DNA from: Nitrospirota bacterium
GTDB taxonomy: Bacteria > Nitrospirota > UBA9217
NCBI GenBank assembly: GCA_963663225.1
Contig: OY760142.1
Location: 2,240,001-2,304,000, forward strand
Reading direction: 5' to 3'
DNA: 64,000 nucleotides
The notes beneath the pieces are model-generated. The model was not told the DNA's origin. It searched no databases and was given only the letters and a program-made list of their open reading frames with translations. A program made the position numbers and the translations under genes. Of this stretch, positions 8,854 to 19,709 are shown one piece after another (positions within the stretch are counted from its first letter, which is position 1; the number at the start of each line of letters is the position of its first letter).

Positions 8854-11448
8854 TCAGGAATCCAGAACAGTTCGTATTTTTGACAGCAGGACCTTCGGCG
8901 GCACGGGCTTGTTGATCAAGGTTGTTTTCTCGGGGATTGTTCCACCCTGGACCAGCATCTGTGCTGTATATCCGCTCGAAAAAATGATTTTGATGTCCGG
9001 TCTGATTTTTCTGATTGCTTCGTAAGCTTCCCTGCCGCTTTTTTTAGGCATGATTACATCAAGAATTACCAGATTGATGGCTTCTTTGTGATCGCTGAAT
9101 TTTTGTATCGCGTCTTCCCCGTCGCGTGCGGTGATGACGGTATACCCCTGCTGGCTGAGTATAATCTCCGTAAGCTTGCTTACTTTTTCGTCATCTTCCG
9201 CCACGAGAATGGTTTCCGTTCCACCCACGGGCAGAGCCGCCTCTGTCTCTGTTTCGCGGGAAGCGTTTTTTTCCGAGTGCGCCACCGGAAGATATATATG
9301 AACGCAGGTGCCGTTTCCAGGCTCGCTGTAGAAGGTTATGTATCCTTCATGCTGCTTTATGATGCCGTATACCATGGCAAGTCCCAGGCCGGTTCCTTTT
9401 CCCGGTTCCTTGGTCGTGAAAAACGGGTCGAAGACTTTTTCCAGCGTTTCCTTTGTCATACCCGTTCCGGTATCGCATACTGAAATCAACGCGTAGATCC
9501 CCGGCTTACCGGTGCCGTGAGCGCGGATGAAGGCCTGGTCCAGTTCCACCAGTTTGGTACGGAAGTTAAGTTGCCCTCCCTGCGGCATGGCGTCCCGTGC
9601 ATTGGTCGCCAGATTCATGAGCACCTGCTCCATCTGGCTGGCGTCGGCCAGGGTGATGATTTCTTTGTCCGCAAGGTCGGTGGTCATTTCAATGTCTTCA
9701 CCGATGATCCGGGAAAGCAGTTTCTTGAATTTCAGGATAAGATCATTAATGTTCAGCAATGTGGGATTCATTACCTGCTTCCTGCTGAAGGCCAGGAGGC
9801 TCCGGGTGACTTCGGCAGCCCTGCCGCCGGCCGTCAGTATCTGTTCTGCATATTCCCTGGCTGTCGCATCAGTGCCGATTTTTCTCTTGAGAAGTTCTCC
9901 ATATCCCAGTATTGCCGACAGAACATTATTGAAATCGTGCGCGATGCCGCCGGCAAGCTGGCCGACCGCCTCCATTTTTTGCGCCTGCTTGAGCTGCTGC
10001 TCAAGTCTTTTGCGTTCGGTGATGTCATGGTTTATCCCGCGATATGCAATGATAACGCCTTCGTCGTTCCGCAGCGCGGTGACCGTGGAAAGGACCGTCA
10101 GCTTTTTCCCGTCTTTCCTCTTGAATTCCAATTCATAATCCTTGACAAAGCCTCTTTCTTCGAGGACTTGCATATAGGCTTTTCTGTCTTCGGGATTTAC
10201 GAAGATATCGGTATTGATGTCCAGGCGCAGCATTTCTTCCTTCGAGGCATAGCCAAGCAGGTCTATAGCCGCCGGGTTTACATCAAGATACCTTCCTTGC
10301 GGAGTGCTGATGAATATTGCGTCTTTCGATTCTTCGAAGAGTGTCCGGTAGTTTTTTTCCGATTTTTTGCGCTCTTCGTTCTGGCGTTCAAGTGCCTCCG
10401 CCATTCCGTTAAAACTGTCGCCCAGCTGGCTTATTTCGTCATGATGTCCGGCCACGTTCACCCGGACACCCAGATTCCCCTGCGAAAGATCTTCAGTGGC
10501 TTTTGTGAGTACTTTCATGCGGCGCAGGATGAAATAGCTCCCCCCGATCCACGCGAGGGCAAGGGTCAGCCCGGCTATAACCAACAGCGTCAGAAGGCTT
10601 TTCATCAGGGTCTGATTAATCTTGAAAAACGCCGCGGCGCGGGAGGTGCCGAACACAACATGCATACCGTTGTCCGTTCCCTGCACCGGAGTGAACGCAT
10701 AGATCCGCCACATATCGTCCACACCCCTGTCCACGCTAATGCCCTCGTTCTGCATAAGGATCGCCTGAGCGAGGCTATACCGGGCAACGCTTTTTCCCAT
10801 CCAGGCATCGGGGTCAGGATAGCGGTAGAGGAGAGTTCCACTGTGGTCCACGATGGTCAGAGTGGACTGGTCAGGCAGCTTTATTTTATTCAATTGTTCC
10901 TTGAACCAAGCGAGGTCAATGGCGACATATACAACGGCTTTCAGAACGTGCGTTTTATCAAGTACCGGCGACGCTAATAGAATTGTCGGCCTATTATCGA
11001 TCCTCGACAGTTGATACTCGCCGAGCGTCAATTGCTTTTTTTGAACCGCGGTTTGAAAATAAAGCCGATCAGAGACATTTACCTTTTTTTTGAGGGGAGT
11101 GGCGCTGCAAAAGATGTCACCTTTGAGGTCTATCGCCGCTATATTGCCGTACATGGGCAATTTCTTTTTGAAATCGGCGAAATAAGCGTTGCACGAGGCA
11201 GCATCATGGTTCTGGACGGCGGGCAGCTCCGAGAGGACTTCAAGAATCTGGTGGGCGCCTTCTAAAAGCTGTTCGATATTATTGGCGGCCAGTTTTGCCG
11301 TCCGCATTGTTTCAGCGCGTATCTCTATCTCTTTTTGGTTTCGCTGCTCCGAGGCGGTGTATACCAGAAGACCGAGGGTCGGAATAATTGCAAGAATGAC
11401 CAATATCAAGAGGCGGGCGCGAAGGCTTGAAGAAAAAAAAGCAGACAT
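8854..11448 (-). CDS. Hybrid sensor histidine kinase (Cache-HAMP-PAS-HisKA-HATPase-REC)
   Basis: Two TM segments, H-box AGGIAHDFNN, NLATNARDAM, FFTTKEPGKGTGLGL, C-terminal receiver (ILDVIMP, KP). Confidence 0.95.
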   Translation of the reverse strand: MSAFFSSSLRARLLILVILAIIPTLGLLVYTASEQRNQKEIEIRAETMRTAKLAANNIEQLLEGAHQILEVLSELPAVQNHDAASCNAYFADFKKKLPMYGNIAAIDLKGDIFCSATPLKKKVNVSDRLYFQTAVQKKQLTLGEYQLSRIDNRPTILLASPVLDKTHVLKAVVYVAIDLAWFKEQLNKIKLPDQSTLTIVDHSGTLLYRYPDPDAWMGKSVARYSLAQAILMQNEGISVDRGVDDMWRIYAFTPVQGTDNGMHVVFGTSRAAAFFKINQTLMKSLLTLLVIAGLTLALAWIGGSYFILRRMKVLTKATEDLSQGNLGVRVNVAGHHDEISQLGDSFNGMAEALERQNEERKKSEKNYRTLFEESKDAIFISTPQGRYLDVNPAAIDLLGYASKEEMLRLDINTDIFVNPEDRKAYMQVLEERGFVKDYELEFKRKDGKKLTVLSTVTALRNDEGVIIAYRGINHDITERKRLEQQLKQAQKMEAVGQLAGGIAHDFNNVLSAILGYGELLKRKIGTDATAREYAEQILTAGGRAAEVTRSLLAFSRKQVMNPTLLNINDLILKFKKLLSRIIGEDIEMTTDLADKEIITLADASQMEQVLMNLATNARDAMPQGGQLNFRTKLVELDQAFIRAHGTGKPGIYALISVCDTGTGMTKETLEKVFDPFFTTKEPGKGTGLGLAMVYGIIKQHEGYITFYSEPGNGTCVHIYLPVAHSEKNASRETETEAALPVGGTETILVAEDDEKVSKLTEIILSQQGYTVITARDGEDAIQKFSDHKEAINLVILDVIMPKKSGREAYEAIRKIRPDIKIIFSSGYTAQMLVQGGTIPEKTTLINKPVPPKVLLSKIRTVLDS

Positions 11449-11764
11449 GTTGTTCTTTCACTACTCTGGTGGATAACGCAACACCAACCGGAAAAGAAAA
11501 GTGCTTACCCCCAGTCTTCTTTTTACTCCCAGAAATAATACTAATATACTACTCCACCTGCAAAAATAAATAAAGTAAAAAATATAAATTCAAATTTTCA
11601 TTGGCCATCAGCTGCAGAGGTAATCAGGCGGTTCACAGTCGTGTCTTGTCAGTTTTAGCTTTACGGCGACTTCGAAAAATATTTATGGCTTTAACTGTAC
11701 GGCAACTTGGAGCGTAAGCGTATGGCTTCCGTTTTTTACGATAATCTGCGCTTTGCCGGATCCG

Positions 11765-12772
11765 CTATTCCCATCGGAAAATCATGGAGCCAATGGAAAG
11801 GAAAATTGCCGTCATGATCACAAGAACCACCAGGTGAGGCGCAATGTCCGTAAAGCCGGCCCCTTCGGTCATGATCGCGCGGGCGCCGTCAACAACGTGG
11901 GTGAGCGGCAGAAACTGGGCGATTTTCTGGATAAGAGGATTTGTGCCTTCGAGCGAAAACCAGACGCCTGAAAGCAGCATCATGGGCCAGGTAAGAAGGT
12001 TCAGTATGCCGCCTGCCAACTCTTCACTTGACAACCGGGCGGCAACGAGCAGCCCGAGCGATATCAGGCAGATTGCTCCGATGACGGAGACGAGAAACAG
12101 GTTCACATACGAACCACGCATCTGGAAATGAATGAAATAATCACAGCCGACATAGACAGCTACGGTAATCGTCTGGATCAGGAGCAGCCGCGACATCATC
12201 TGGGCAAGCAGGAACTCAAACGGCCGGAGCGGAGTTGCTTTCAGGCGTTTTAAAAATCCATTCTTGCGGTACCGTACGATCACATATCCTACTCCGAAAA
12301 GACAGCTGAACATCATGTTCATGGCAAGGATGCCCGGAACAACCCAGTCTACGTATCGGATCTCGCGCCCCTGGACCGTCAGCCGTTCATAATCCGTATT
12401 CGCGGATCCTTTGAGCAGGCGTTCTAGTACGTATCCGTTCGGTGCGTTTTCATTGATCCAGTAACGCTTTCCGGAACGCAGATCGATCAGCATGTCGAGC
12501 TGAAAATGTTCAACCTTATCGACGGCCTTGTCCGGATCTTCAACCGGAATGAACTGAACGTACTTCATCTCGAAAAAAACGGTTTCTGCCGGTTGCAGGG
12601 CGGCGATATCGCCCATGACGCCGACCTTGAACATCGGCTTGGGTTCTCCGGAAAAGACGACGGCAAACCCGAGAACAAGCAGAAGCGGAAAAAAGATATT
12701 CCAGCCGAACGACGACTTGTCTCTGATAAACTCCATGTTCCTGGCATGCAGGATGGCCAAAAAACGTTTCAT
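11765..12772 (-). CDS. ABC-2 type exporter permease
   Basis: YVDWVVPGILAM, GFLKRLKATPL, multiple TM segments. Follows the ABC ATPase. Confidence 0.9.
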   Translation of the reverse strand: MKRFLAILHARNMEFIRDKSSFGWNIFFPLLLVLGFAVVFSGEPKPMFKVGVMGDIAALQPAETVFFEMKYVQFIPVEDPDKAVDKVEHFQLDMLIDLRSGKRYWINENAPNGYVLERLLKGSANTDYERLTVQGREIRYVDWVVPGILAMNMMFSCLFGVGYVIVRYRKNGFLKRLKATPLRPFEFLLAQMMSRLLLIQTITVAVYVGCDYFIHFQMRGSYVNLFLVSVIGAICLISLGLLVAARLSSEELAGGILNLLTWPMMLLSGVWFSLEGTNPLIQKIAQFLPLTHVVDGARAIMTEGAGFTDIAPHLVVLVIMTAIFLSIGSMIFRWE

Positions 12773-12793
12773 AATTTCTGTTTTCCGATGTGC

Positions 12794-13678
12794 TCAGCTC
12801 CGCAGCTGTTTGCCGGTGAGCGCAATAAACAAGTCTTCCAGGCTCCATGACCGCATGTTCATGCGAGACAGTGAAACCCCGTTGTCCAGCAGCTTTCTGA
12901 TCGTGCCGTCGATATCGTGTGTTTGTATCTCCCGCCAGCCGGGCTGGTTTGAAGCGCGAAATTCCATCCAACCATTGTTGCCGGTCAGATCTTCCTCCGG
13001 GATCTGCAGCACAACATCGCCGAAGTGCTCTTTCAGCAACTGTTCCGGTGTCCCCTGTGCAATGATTTTTCCCTTGTCCATGAAGGCGATTTCGTCGCAG
13101 AGCGTATATGCTTCCTCCATATAGTGCGTTGTAAGAACAATGGTTTTATTACGTGACTTGATAAGATTGATCAAGTCCCAGAAATTCCGGCGGGACTGCG
13201 GGTCGAGTCCGGTCGTGGGTTCATCGAGGAAAAGCACTTCCGGGTCGTTGATCAGCGCGAGGGCCATAAGCAGCCGCTGGCGCTGTCCGCCCGAAAGCTT
13301 GCGCGTGTCGCGGTCAAGAAACTCATCAAGACTGCAAAGCCGGATGATTTCTTCCAGAGGCATGGAATGGGGGTACAGTTCTCTGAACAGTTTCAGCGTT
13401 TCTTTGACAGTCAGAAATTCCTGGAGCGAGGTCACCTGAAACTGGATTCCGGCTTCCTTGCGGAATGTTTGGCCTGCAGGCGCGCCTTTGTAGAGTGTAA
13501 ATCCGGAATCCGCCGGTTTAATGCCCTCGATTATCTCAATGAGCGTTGTTTTGCCGGCTCCGTTCGGGCCCAGCAGTCCAAAGCAGATGCCTTGCATGAT
13601 GGAGAGGGTCACGCCGTCCACGGCCCGGACGCCGGGATAGATTTTTGTGAGGTTGTGTGTTTCGATTATCGGTGCCAT
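12794..13678 (-). CDS. ABC-2 type exporter ATP-binding protein
   Basis: GPNGAGKTT, LSGGQRQR, LDEPTTGLDP, TTHYMEEA. Start set at MAPII (13678). Confidence 0.93.
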   Translation of the reverse strand: MAPIIETHNLTKIYPGVRAVDGVTLSIMQGICFGLLGPNGAGKTTLIEIIEGIKPADSGFTLYKGAPAGQTFRKEAGIQFQVTSLQEFLTVKETLKLFRELYPHSMPLEEIIRLCSLDEFLDRDTRKLSGGQRQRLLMALALINDPEVLFLDEPTTGLDPQSRRNFWDLINLIKSRNKTIVLTTHYMEEAYTLCDEIAFMDKGKIIAQGTPEQLLKEHFGDVVLQIPEEDLTGNNGWMEFRASNQPGWREIQTHDIDGTIRKLLDNGVSLSRMNMRSWSLEDLFIALTGKQLRS

Positions 13679-13863
13679 ACTGTTCCTAATCCATAAAAGT
13701 ACAGTAACATGCTGTTTTTTTACTGTCAAGTACACCTGAAATATCCGTCAATCCCTGCGAGAGAGAATCTTCCGCTCCTGTCAGAAGAGGACTCCACTTC
13801 TTGATTTATGCCGCGAAGTAGGATATCGTATATATAACAGGTTCCCCAAAAGGAGCGAACGGA

Positions 13864-14661
13864 ATGGGTATGAAAATGCCGGTACTCTTTATCGGGCATG
13901 GTTCGCCGATGAATATTATTCTGACGAACAGCTATACCAGACGTCTTGTCTCACTGGGGAAGCGCATTCCGCGGCCCCGGGCGATTCTGGTTGTCTCAGC
14001 ACACTGGCTTACGCAAGGAAGTTTCGTGGCATGCACGGACCGTCCCCGGACGATCCATGATTTTTACGGGTTTCCGGAAGAGCTTTACCAGATGCGCTAC
14101 CTTTGCTCCGGCTCTCCTGCTGATGCGCGGTTTGTTGCGGAATCGGCTCGGGCTGCACCGGTCGTCTGTGATGGGGGCTGGGGACTTGACCATGCGGCAT
14201 GGGCTGTGCTGAAACATATGTATCCGGCGGCGGATATTCCCGTGTTCGAGATGAGCCTTGATTATACCTACAATGAATGGCATCCAAAACCGATCCGGTA
14301 TCACTACGAACTCGCGAAAGAACTCAGGACGCTTCGCGAAACGGGTGTGCTGATAATCGGGAGCGGTAATATCGTGCACAACCTCTCGTTGATTGATTTT
14401 GGTGATATGGACGCGGAGCCGTTTCCGTGGGCGCAGGAATTCGACGAACAGGTGAAGGCAAACCTCCTTGCCGGAAATCATCATGATTTGATCAACTACC
14501 GGAATCTGGGAAAAGCTTCGGAGCTTGCCGTTCCGAGTCTGGATCATTATCTTCCGATGATTTATGCGATCGCACTTCAGGACAAAAATGAACCGCTTAC
14601 CTTCATCCACGAAGGATTTCAAAACGCCTCCATATCCATGAGATGTTTTCAAATCGGCTGA
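13864..14661 (+). CDS. ygiD: 4,5-DOPA dioxygenase extradiol (LigB/YgiD family)
   Basis: FIGHGSPMN, SAHW, HDFYGFP, GLDHA, GSGNIVHNL, HYLP. Confidence 0.88.
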   Translation: MGMKMPVLFIGHGSPMNIILTNSYTRRLVSLGKRIPRPRAILVVSAHWLTQGSFVACTDRPRTIHDFYGFPEELYQMRYLCSGSPADARFVAESARAAPVVCDGGWGLDHAAWAVLKHMYPAADIPVFEMSLDYTYNEWHPKPIRYHYELAKELRTLRETGVLIIGSGNIVHNLSLIDFGDMDAEPFPWAQEFDEQVKANLLAGNHHDLINYRNLGKASELAVPSLDHYLPMIYAIALQDKNEPLTFIHEGFQNASISMRCFQIG

Positions 14662-14734
14662 TCCGAAGTCCGCTTCCCAGAACAAGGGTATGATAGTGAC
14701 AAGCGTAAAATTCAGAATTAATGAATGAGAAAAG

Positions 14735-15976
14735 GTGCGTGCAGTGCGGGAAAACAACGGAAAAATCGAATATCGCGCATGGGTGGTTTTTGCAACGGCA
14801 ATCTGCATCAATCTGACCCTCGGGGTCAACTATTCCTGGAGCGTCTTTAAAAAAGCACTGGTCAATGACTGGCATTGGACAAACGTGCAGGCGTCATTGC
14901 CGTATACGGTTTACGCGACCATTTTTTCGCTTGTTATGGTTTTTGCAGGAAGAATGCAGGACAAAGTGGGACCGCGGAAAGTGGCCACACTGGGGGGGAT
15001 CATCGTCGGAATAGGATTGATCTCCTGCAGTTTCACCACAACGCCGTTGCTTATGGGATGTGCTTACGGACTGACCGGAATCGGTTACAGCCTTGCTTTT
15101 TCTACGACAATGCCCGCAAGCGTCAAATGGTTTCCTCCCGGGAAAAAAGGCTTGATTACCGGCATTGTAGTCAGCGGCTCGGCATTGGCTTCGGCCTATT
15201 TCTCTCCTCTTGTCAACTGGCTGGTAGGTCTCTACGGCATTGCCCACGCCTTTTTGGTGCTGGGAATCGGGGTCTCTCTGGTTATTACGGTGATGGCGCA
15301 GTTTTTAACGAATCCTCCCCCGGACCATCAGCTGCAATACGGAAGCAGCGATGCAGCAGCACACGGAGCATCAGCCGCCGCTGCACGGGAAGTTGACTGG
15401 CGAGGAATGATCAGAACGGAAGTGTTTTACAAGCTGTGGCTTATGTATTTTTTTACCGCTTCAGCGGGTTTGATGATCATCGGACATATTGCCACGATTG
15501 CGCAGACGCAGGCGTTCTGGGAAAACGGGTTCTATCTCATTATCGTGTTCGCCGTGTTGAACACGATCGGCAGGTTGATCTCGGGCTATGTTTCCGACAC
15601 GTATGGACGGCCGAAAATACTGATGGTCGTGTTCTTGCTGCAGGCTGCCAACCTGATTTCTTTCGAAAGCTACACGACTCCGGCCCTCCTCGTGCTCGGG
15701 ACGGTAGTGACCGGTATCTGCTACGGCGCGTCTTTTGCGCTGTTTCCGCTCGCGACTGCGGATTACTACGGCCTGAAACATCTCGGCGGCAATTATGGCC
15801 TGGTGTTTACAGCCTGGGGTTTTGCCGGTCTTCTTGGCCCTCTGGCGGCCGGCTGGGCAGTTGACCTGACCGGGACATATTCCATCGCGTATATGCTCTC
15901 GGCCGCAACGCTCTTTATCGCTCTTGCGCTGCTCATGACGATGAAATCAAAGACCGGCGGGCAAGGGCGTACGTGA
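14735..15976 (+). CDS. OFA (oxalate/formate antiporter) family MFS transporter
   Basis: YSWSVF, GRMQDKVGPR, KWFPPGKKGLITG, NYGLVFTAWG, about 12 TM segments. Confidence 0.88.
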   Translation: MRAVRENNGKIEYRAWVVFATAICINLTLGVNYSWSVFKKALVNDWHWTNVQASLPYTVYATIFSLVMVFAGRMQDKVGPRKVATLGGIIVGIGLISCSFTTTPLLMGCAYGLTGIGYSLAFSTTMPASVKWFPPGKKGLITGIVVSGSALASAYFSPLVNWLVGLYGIAHAFLVLGIGVSLVITVMAQFLTNPPPDHQLQYGSSDAAAHGASAAAAREVDWRGMIRTEVFYKLWLMYFFTASAGLMIIGHIATIAQTQAFWENGFYLIIVFAVLNTIGRLISGYVSDTYGRPKILMVVFLLQAANLISFESYTTPALLVLGTVVTGICYGASFALFPLATADYYGLKHLGGNYGLVFTAWGFAGLLGPLAAGWAVDLTGTYSIAYMLSAATLFIALALLMTMKSKTGGQGRT

Positions 15977-16022
15977 ATCCGCAGGCTTGGCTGTTTTATA
16001 CGCTGGAAAAAGAGTGGGGAGT

Positions 16023-17063
16023 TTACCCGGACCGTGGCATTGCCCTGAGCTGACCACAGGCCGCATGGATGTCCCGGCCGCGGCTGCTTCTGACCACGGC
16101 CACGAAACCATGATTGAGCAAAAAGTTGCGGAAGGCGTAGACGCGGCTTTCGTCGGGCCGCTCGAACGCAGCGCCTGGAAACGGGTTGAACATGAGGATG
16201 TTGATCATGCAGGGTATTCCGCTCAGAAGTTTCATAAGCCTGATCGCGTCTCTGTCCGAATCATTGATTCCTTTGAAAAGGACGTACTCGATTGTGACGG
16301 TGTTGCCCGTGCGCTCGCTGTAAGAGCGAAGCGCAGCCATCAGGCGGGCAAGGGGATACGTTCTGTTGATGGGCATGATGCTGTCCCGTATTTCGTCCGT
16401 TGCCGCATTCAATGAGACGGCAAGGCTCGCGTCAATTTCACCGGGCATGCGTTCTATCGCGGGCGCGAGCCCGCACGTGGAGAGGGTGACCTTTTTGGGA
16501 GAGTAGCCCATTCCGTCCCGGTCAATGAGTATTCTGATAAATGACTTCACTGCCTGGTAGTTGCTGAGCGGCTCTCCGGTCCCCATGAGCACAATGTTGG
16601 TCAGGGGAAGGTTGGAAAGTTTTTGGGCCGCGAAGACCTGGTTCACCATTTCAGCCACGGTCAGGTTTCTTGTCAGGCCACCGGAGCCGGTAAGGCAGAA
16701 AGTACAGCCGGATGAGCAGCCTACCTGTGTTGAAACACAGAGTGTGACCCGGTCTCCGGTACCGGGAATAATGACCCCTTCCACGGTGTTGCCGTCATCC
16801 AGTGCATACAGAAGTTTTCGGGTGCCGTCCGATGAAACGATCTGGTCTTGGACGGTAAGTGACGATATTGTACAATGTCGCGTCAACTGTCCCCGAAAGG
16901 GCAGATTCAAATCCGCCATGCCTTCTATTTCTTCAATCTTCTTCCGGAACAACTGAATTGCTACGCGGGTTCCCTGACCGGGTTTTTGGGACAGATTTTG
17001 CGTGCAGTACTGCTCGATTTCGTCAGGAGTGCAGCCTTTAAGGTCAATACGATTGGTATGCAT
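16023..17063 (-). CDS. rlmN: Dual-specificity RNA methyltransferase RlmN (radical SAM)
   Basis: CVSTQVGCSSGCTFC, MGTGEP, SLNA, IEYVL, DIHAACGQL. Start set at ATG 17063 so it does not overlap dtd. Confidence 0.88.
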   Translation of the reverse strand: MHTNRIDLKGCTPDEIEQYCTQNLSQKPGQGTRVAIQLFRKKIEEIEGMADLNLPFRGQLTRHCTISSLTVQDQIVSSDGTRKLLYALDDGNTVEGVIIPGTGDRVTLCVSTQVGCSSGCTFCLTGSGGLTRNLTVAEMVNQVFAAQKLSNLPLTNIVLMGTGEPLSNYQAVKSFIRILIDRDGMGYSPKKVTLSTCGLAPAIERMPGEIDASLAVSLNAATDEIRDSIMPINRTYPLARLMAALRSYSERTGNTVTIEYVLFKGINDSDRDAIRLMKLLSGIPCMINILMFNPFPGAAFERPDESRVYAFRNFLLNHGFVAVVRSSRGRDIHAACGQLRAMPRSG

Positions 17064-17197
17064 ATGGTTTATGATTGGGGCGTCGGCAATATGCTTTGTG
17101 CCGTACCGGGATATTAATCCGGATCGCCTTGCTTTGCAAGCAGATAGTATGAAAATCCATTGACGCTGCACGGGGAACATGCTAAGAATATGTCCAT

Positions 17198-17668
17198 ATG
17201 AAAGTACTGCTCCAAAGAGTGTCGTCCGCGCAAGTTTCGGTTGGCGGCAGGGTGATCGGTGAAATAGGGCAGGGACTGCTGGTTTTTTTCTGCGCGGTAA
17301 AGGGTGACTCGGACCGCGACCTGGATTATCTTGCAAAAAAAGTTCTGCAGCTCAGAATATTCGAGGACGAGCAGGGAAAGATGAACCTCTCGGTCATGGA
17401 TATCAAAGGAGCCGTGCTCGTTGTTTCTCAATTTACCCTGGCCGCTTCCACGATCAAGGGCAATCGTCCGTCATTCGATGCCGCGGAACTGCCGGAGCGC
17501 GCGCGGAACATGTATGAAGCATTTGTGAATAAATTACAAGCGGCGGGAGCGGATGTCCGGACAGGGGAATTTGCAGCCACTATGGCCGTTTATCTGGTGA
17601 ATGACGGGCCGGTGACTATTTCTCTCGATTCACGCGAGAGAGACCGGCCACTGGAAAAACATCCTTGA
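17198..17668 (+). CDS. dtd: D-aminoacyl-tRNA deacylase
   Basis: LLQRV, SQFTL, GNRPSF, NDGPVT motifs. Confidence 0.96.
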   Translation: MKVLLQRVSSAQVSVGGRVIGEIGQGLLVFFCAVKGDSDRDLDYLAKKVLQLRIFEDEQGKMNLSVMDIKGAVLVVSQFTLAASTIKGNRPSFDAAELPERARNMYEAFVNKLQAAGADVRTGEFAATMAVYLVNDGPVTISLDSRERDRPLEKHP

Positions 17669-17693
17669 CAATTTCCGGCTTTCTCTTTATTAT
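17665..17693 (+). promoter_or_regulatory. Sigma70 promoter of tRNA-Leu
   Basis: TTGACA-17 bp-TATTAT, 14 nt upstream of the tRNA. Confidence 0.75.
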
Positions 17694-17707
17694 GTCAACT
17701 CACGCGT

Positions 17708-17794
17708 GCCGAAGTGGTGGAACTGGTAGACGCGCTGCGTTCAGGGCGCAGTGGGAGCAATCCCGTGGGGGTTCGAGTCCCCCCTTCGGCACCA
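17708..17794 (+). tRNA. tRNA-Leu(CAG)
   Basis: GCCGAAG acceptor stem, D-loop TGGTAGAC, anticodon arm CTGCG-TTCAGGG-CGCAG, long variable arm, GTTCGAGTCC, encoded CCA. Confidence 0.97.
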
Positions 17795-18164
17795 AATTAT
17801 AACCCATCTTTTTCCTATCTCCCGGACAATTTCTTTTTGCTTTTCTCTTATAAAGTCATTTCTATAACTCAATGTCTGTTCAATTAGTAAATTTGTTCTG
17901 AATTAAATATTAATAATTTAGAATGTATCAAAATGCATTTTATTGTACGAATGTGCTTAGTTTTTTTTCTTGTAATATTTGCCATTTTTCGATAATCTCT
18001 ATGCGAATAGAATCCTTTAATACAAATTCCTACGACGATTTAATGCACTCTCCCGTGAGTATTTGTGATCTCTTTTCAGCCGTAGAAAACAGCGAATGAT
18101 GCATGTAGATTCCAAGCCTTATCAAAAAGTGAAAACCGGACAATACTATGGAAGGAGCATAAAC

Positions 18165-18524
18165 ATGTGGCAAGAGAGAAGGTGCAAAATTCTGTTCACG
18201 ATAGTCTTTTGTTTATTCATAACATCTTTGCAGGCCTGTCATACCATAAAATTTGAAGTAGAGAGTGTTCCGCATGAAAAGGTAGTCGAGGATACGAACT
18301 GGTTTTTTGTTGAAGGATTGTTCCCGACCCGCGATATTGATGTGTCCTTGAAATGCCCATCTGGAACCGCAGCAATTAAAGAACAAACGACGTTTCGTGA
18401 TGGTTTTATAAGTTTTATATCCCTTGGTATAGCTACTCCAAGGTCTGTATGGTATTACTGCCTTCCTGAAAAACGCCTTGAGAATAAGCCAGTTGTAAGG
18501 CAATTAAAGGAGGGAACGCTATGA
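18165..18524 (+). CDS. Bor/Iss-like lipoprotein
   Basis: Lipobox LQAC. WFFVEGL...C...QTTFRDGFISFISLGIATP...C follows the lambda Bor pattern. RBS AAGGAG before ATG 18165. Confidence 0.72.
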   Translation: MWQERRCKILFTIVFCLFITSLQACHTIKFEVESVPHEKVVEDTNWFFVEGLFPTRDIDVSLKCPSGTAAIKEQTTFRDGFISFISLGIATPRSVWYYCLPEKRLENKPVVRQLKEGTL

Positions 18525-18883
18525 GAAAAATAATTCTAGTGCTTATCGTCATGCTATCCATCTCCGGTTGTTATCGAACCGTTTACTTGAACGTTCAAGG
18601 AGATAAGAATCCAACTAAGGTGACTCTTGAGCAGATAGAAAAACTTCCTGACTATGAGAATTCAGATTGGCTGCATTACTTTGTAAATGGATTAGCGCCT
18701 GACGAAAGAATTATTAACGCGGCACAAACGTGTGGTGGTGCTGAACATATCACAGGAATCACTACACGACAGACCTTCCTTCAAGGATTGGTTCACGGAG
18801 CTACCACATACTATGTGGTGAGCATCTACACCCCCTACGATGGTCATGTGGTGTGCGACAACACTAAAATATCCAAGCAGTAA
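18521..18883 (+). CDS. Bor/Iss-like lipoprotein
   Basis: Lipobox ISGC. HYFVNGL...AAQTCGGAE...QTFLQGL...IYTP...C resembles Bor. Confidence 0.78.
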   Translation: MRKIILVLIVMLSISGCYRTVYLNVQGDKNPTKVTLEQIEKLPDYENSDWLHYFVNGLAPDERIINAAQTCGGAEHITGITTRQTFLQGLVHGATTYYVVSIYTPYDGHVVCDNTKISKQ

Positions 18884-18992
18884 ATTGTTTAAATGAAAAT
18901 TATTACCTAATCTTTTTAAGCAAGTATCTTTGGCTTGTATTCAGTTCAAATGTTGCAAGACTGCAATTTAATGAAAATTTAGGGGGTATCTT

Positions 18993-19688
18993 ATGAAGAT
19001 CAAAACCATCCATACTGCATTTATTTTGTTTATTTTCAGCACTATACTATTGACAAGTGCCTGCGTTAGCCGAACTATTCATGAAAATGTCGAAGACAAA
19101 GGACCGCAAGTAGTCGCAGCGCCTTTGCCGGCTGCGGAGCGCATGACAATTGGCATCGGCAGGTTCACCAATGAATCAGTCTATGGAAGCGGGTTGTTCA
19201 CCGACGAATCCGGCGACCGAATCGGCAAACAGGCTTCAGATATGCTGGTCCGGCACCTGCTGGAAACGCAACGATTTAATGTAGTGGAACGACCGGATAT
19301 CAGTAAACTGCGTTCCGAGGCTTCTCTGATGGGAAAAAACGAAGAGCAGTTTAAGCGAAACCTGAAAGGCGTGGATGCATTGATTCTTGGTTCCGTTGTT
19401 GAACTGGGCCGGGAAACCACCGGAGGAATCTGGCTGCTGGGCAAGGAAAAGACGCAACGCGCCCGTGCACGCGTGGTGTTGAGGATGGTTGACCCGAAAA
19501 CAGGAGAATTATTTTACAGCCAGGAGGGGAGCGGTGATGCCACCATCAGCAGCAGTTCAACCCTTGGTTTTGGAGGAACGACCGGTTTTGACTCAACCCT
19601 GGAAGGGAAAGCCATCGATGCCGCCATTGTAAATCTTATGAATAATGTCGTTAAGACGCTGGATGCTCGCCGCTCTTCCCTTAAATAA
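18993..19688 (+). CDS. CsgG/HfaB family lipoprotein
   Basis: Lipobox TSAC, IGRFTNES, RFNVVER, GVDALILGSV, LRMVDPKTGE. Confidence 0.82.
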   Translation: MKIKTIHTAFILFIFSTILLTSACVSRTIHENVEDKGPQVVAAPLPAAERMTIGIGRFTNESVYGSGLFTDESGDRIGKQASDMLVRHLLETQRFNVVERPDISKLRSEASLMGKNEEQFKRNLKGVDALILGSVVELGRETTGGIWLLGKEKTQRARARVVLRMVDPKTGELFYSQEGSGDATISSSSTLGFGGTTGFDSTLEGKAIDAAIVNLMNNVVKTLDARRSSLK

Positions 19689-19709
19689 TGCTGCATACGG
19701 AGGCATATC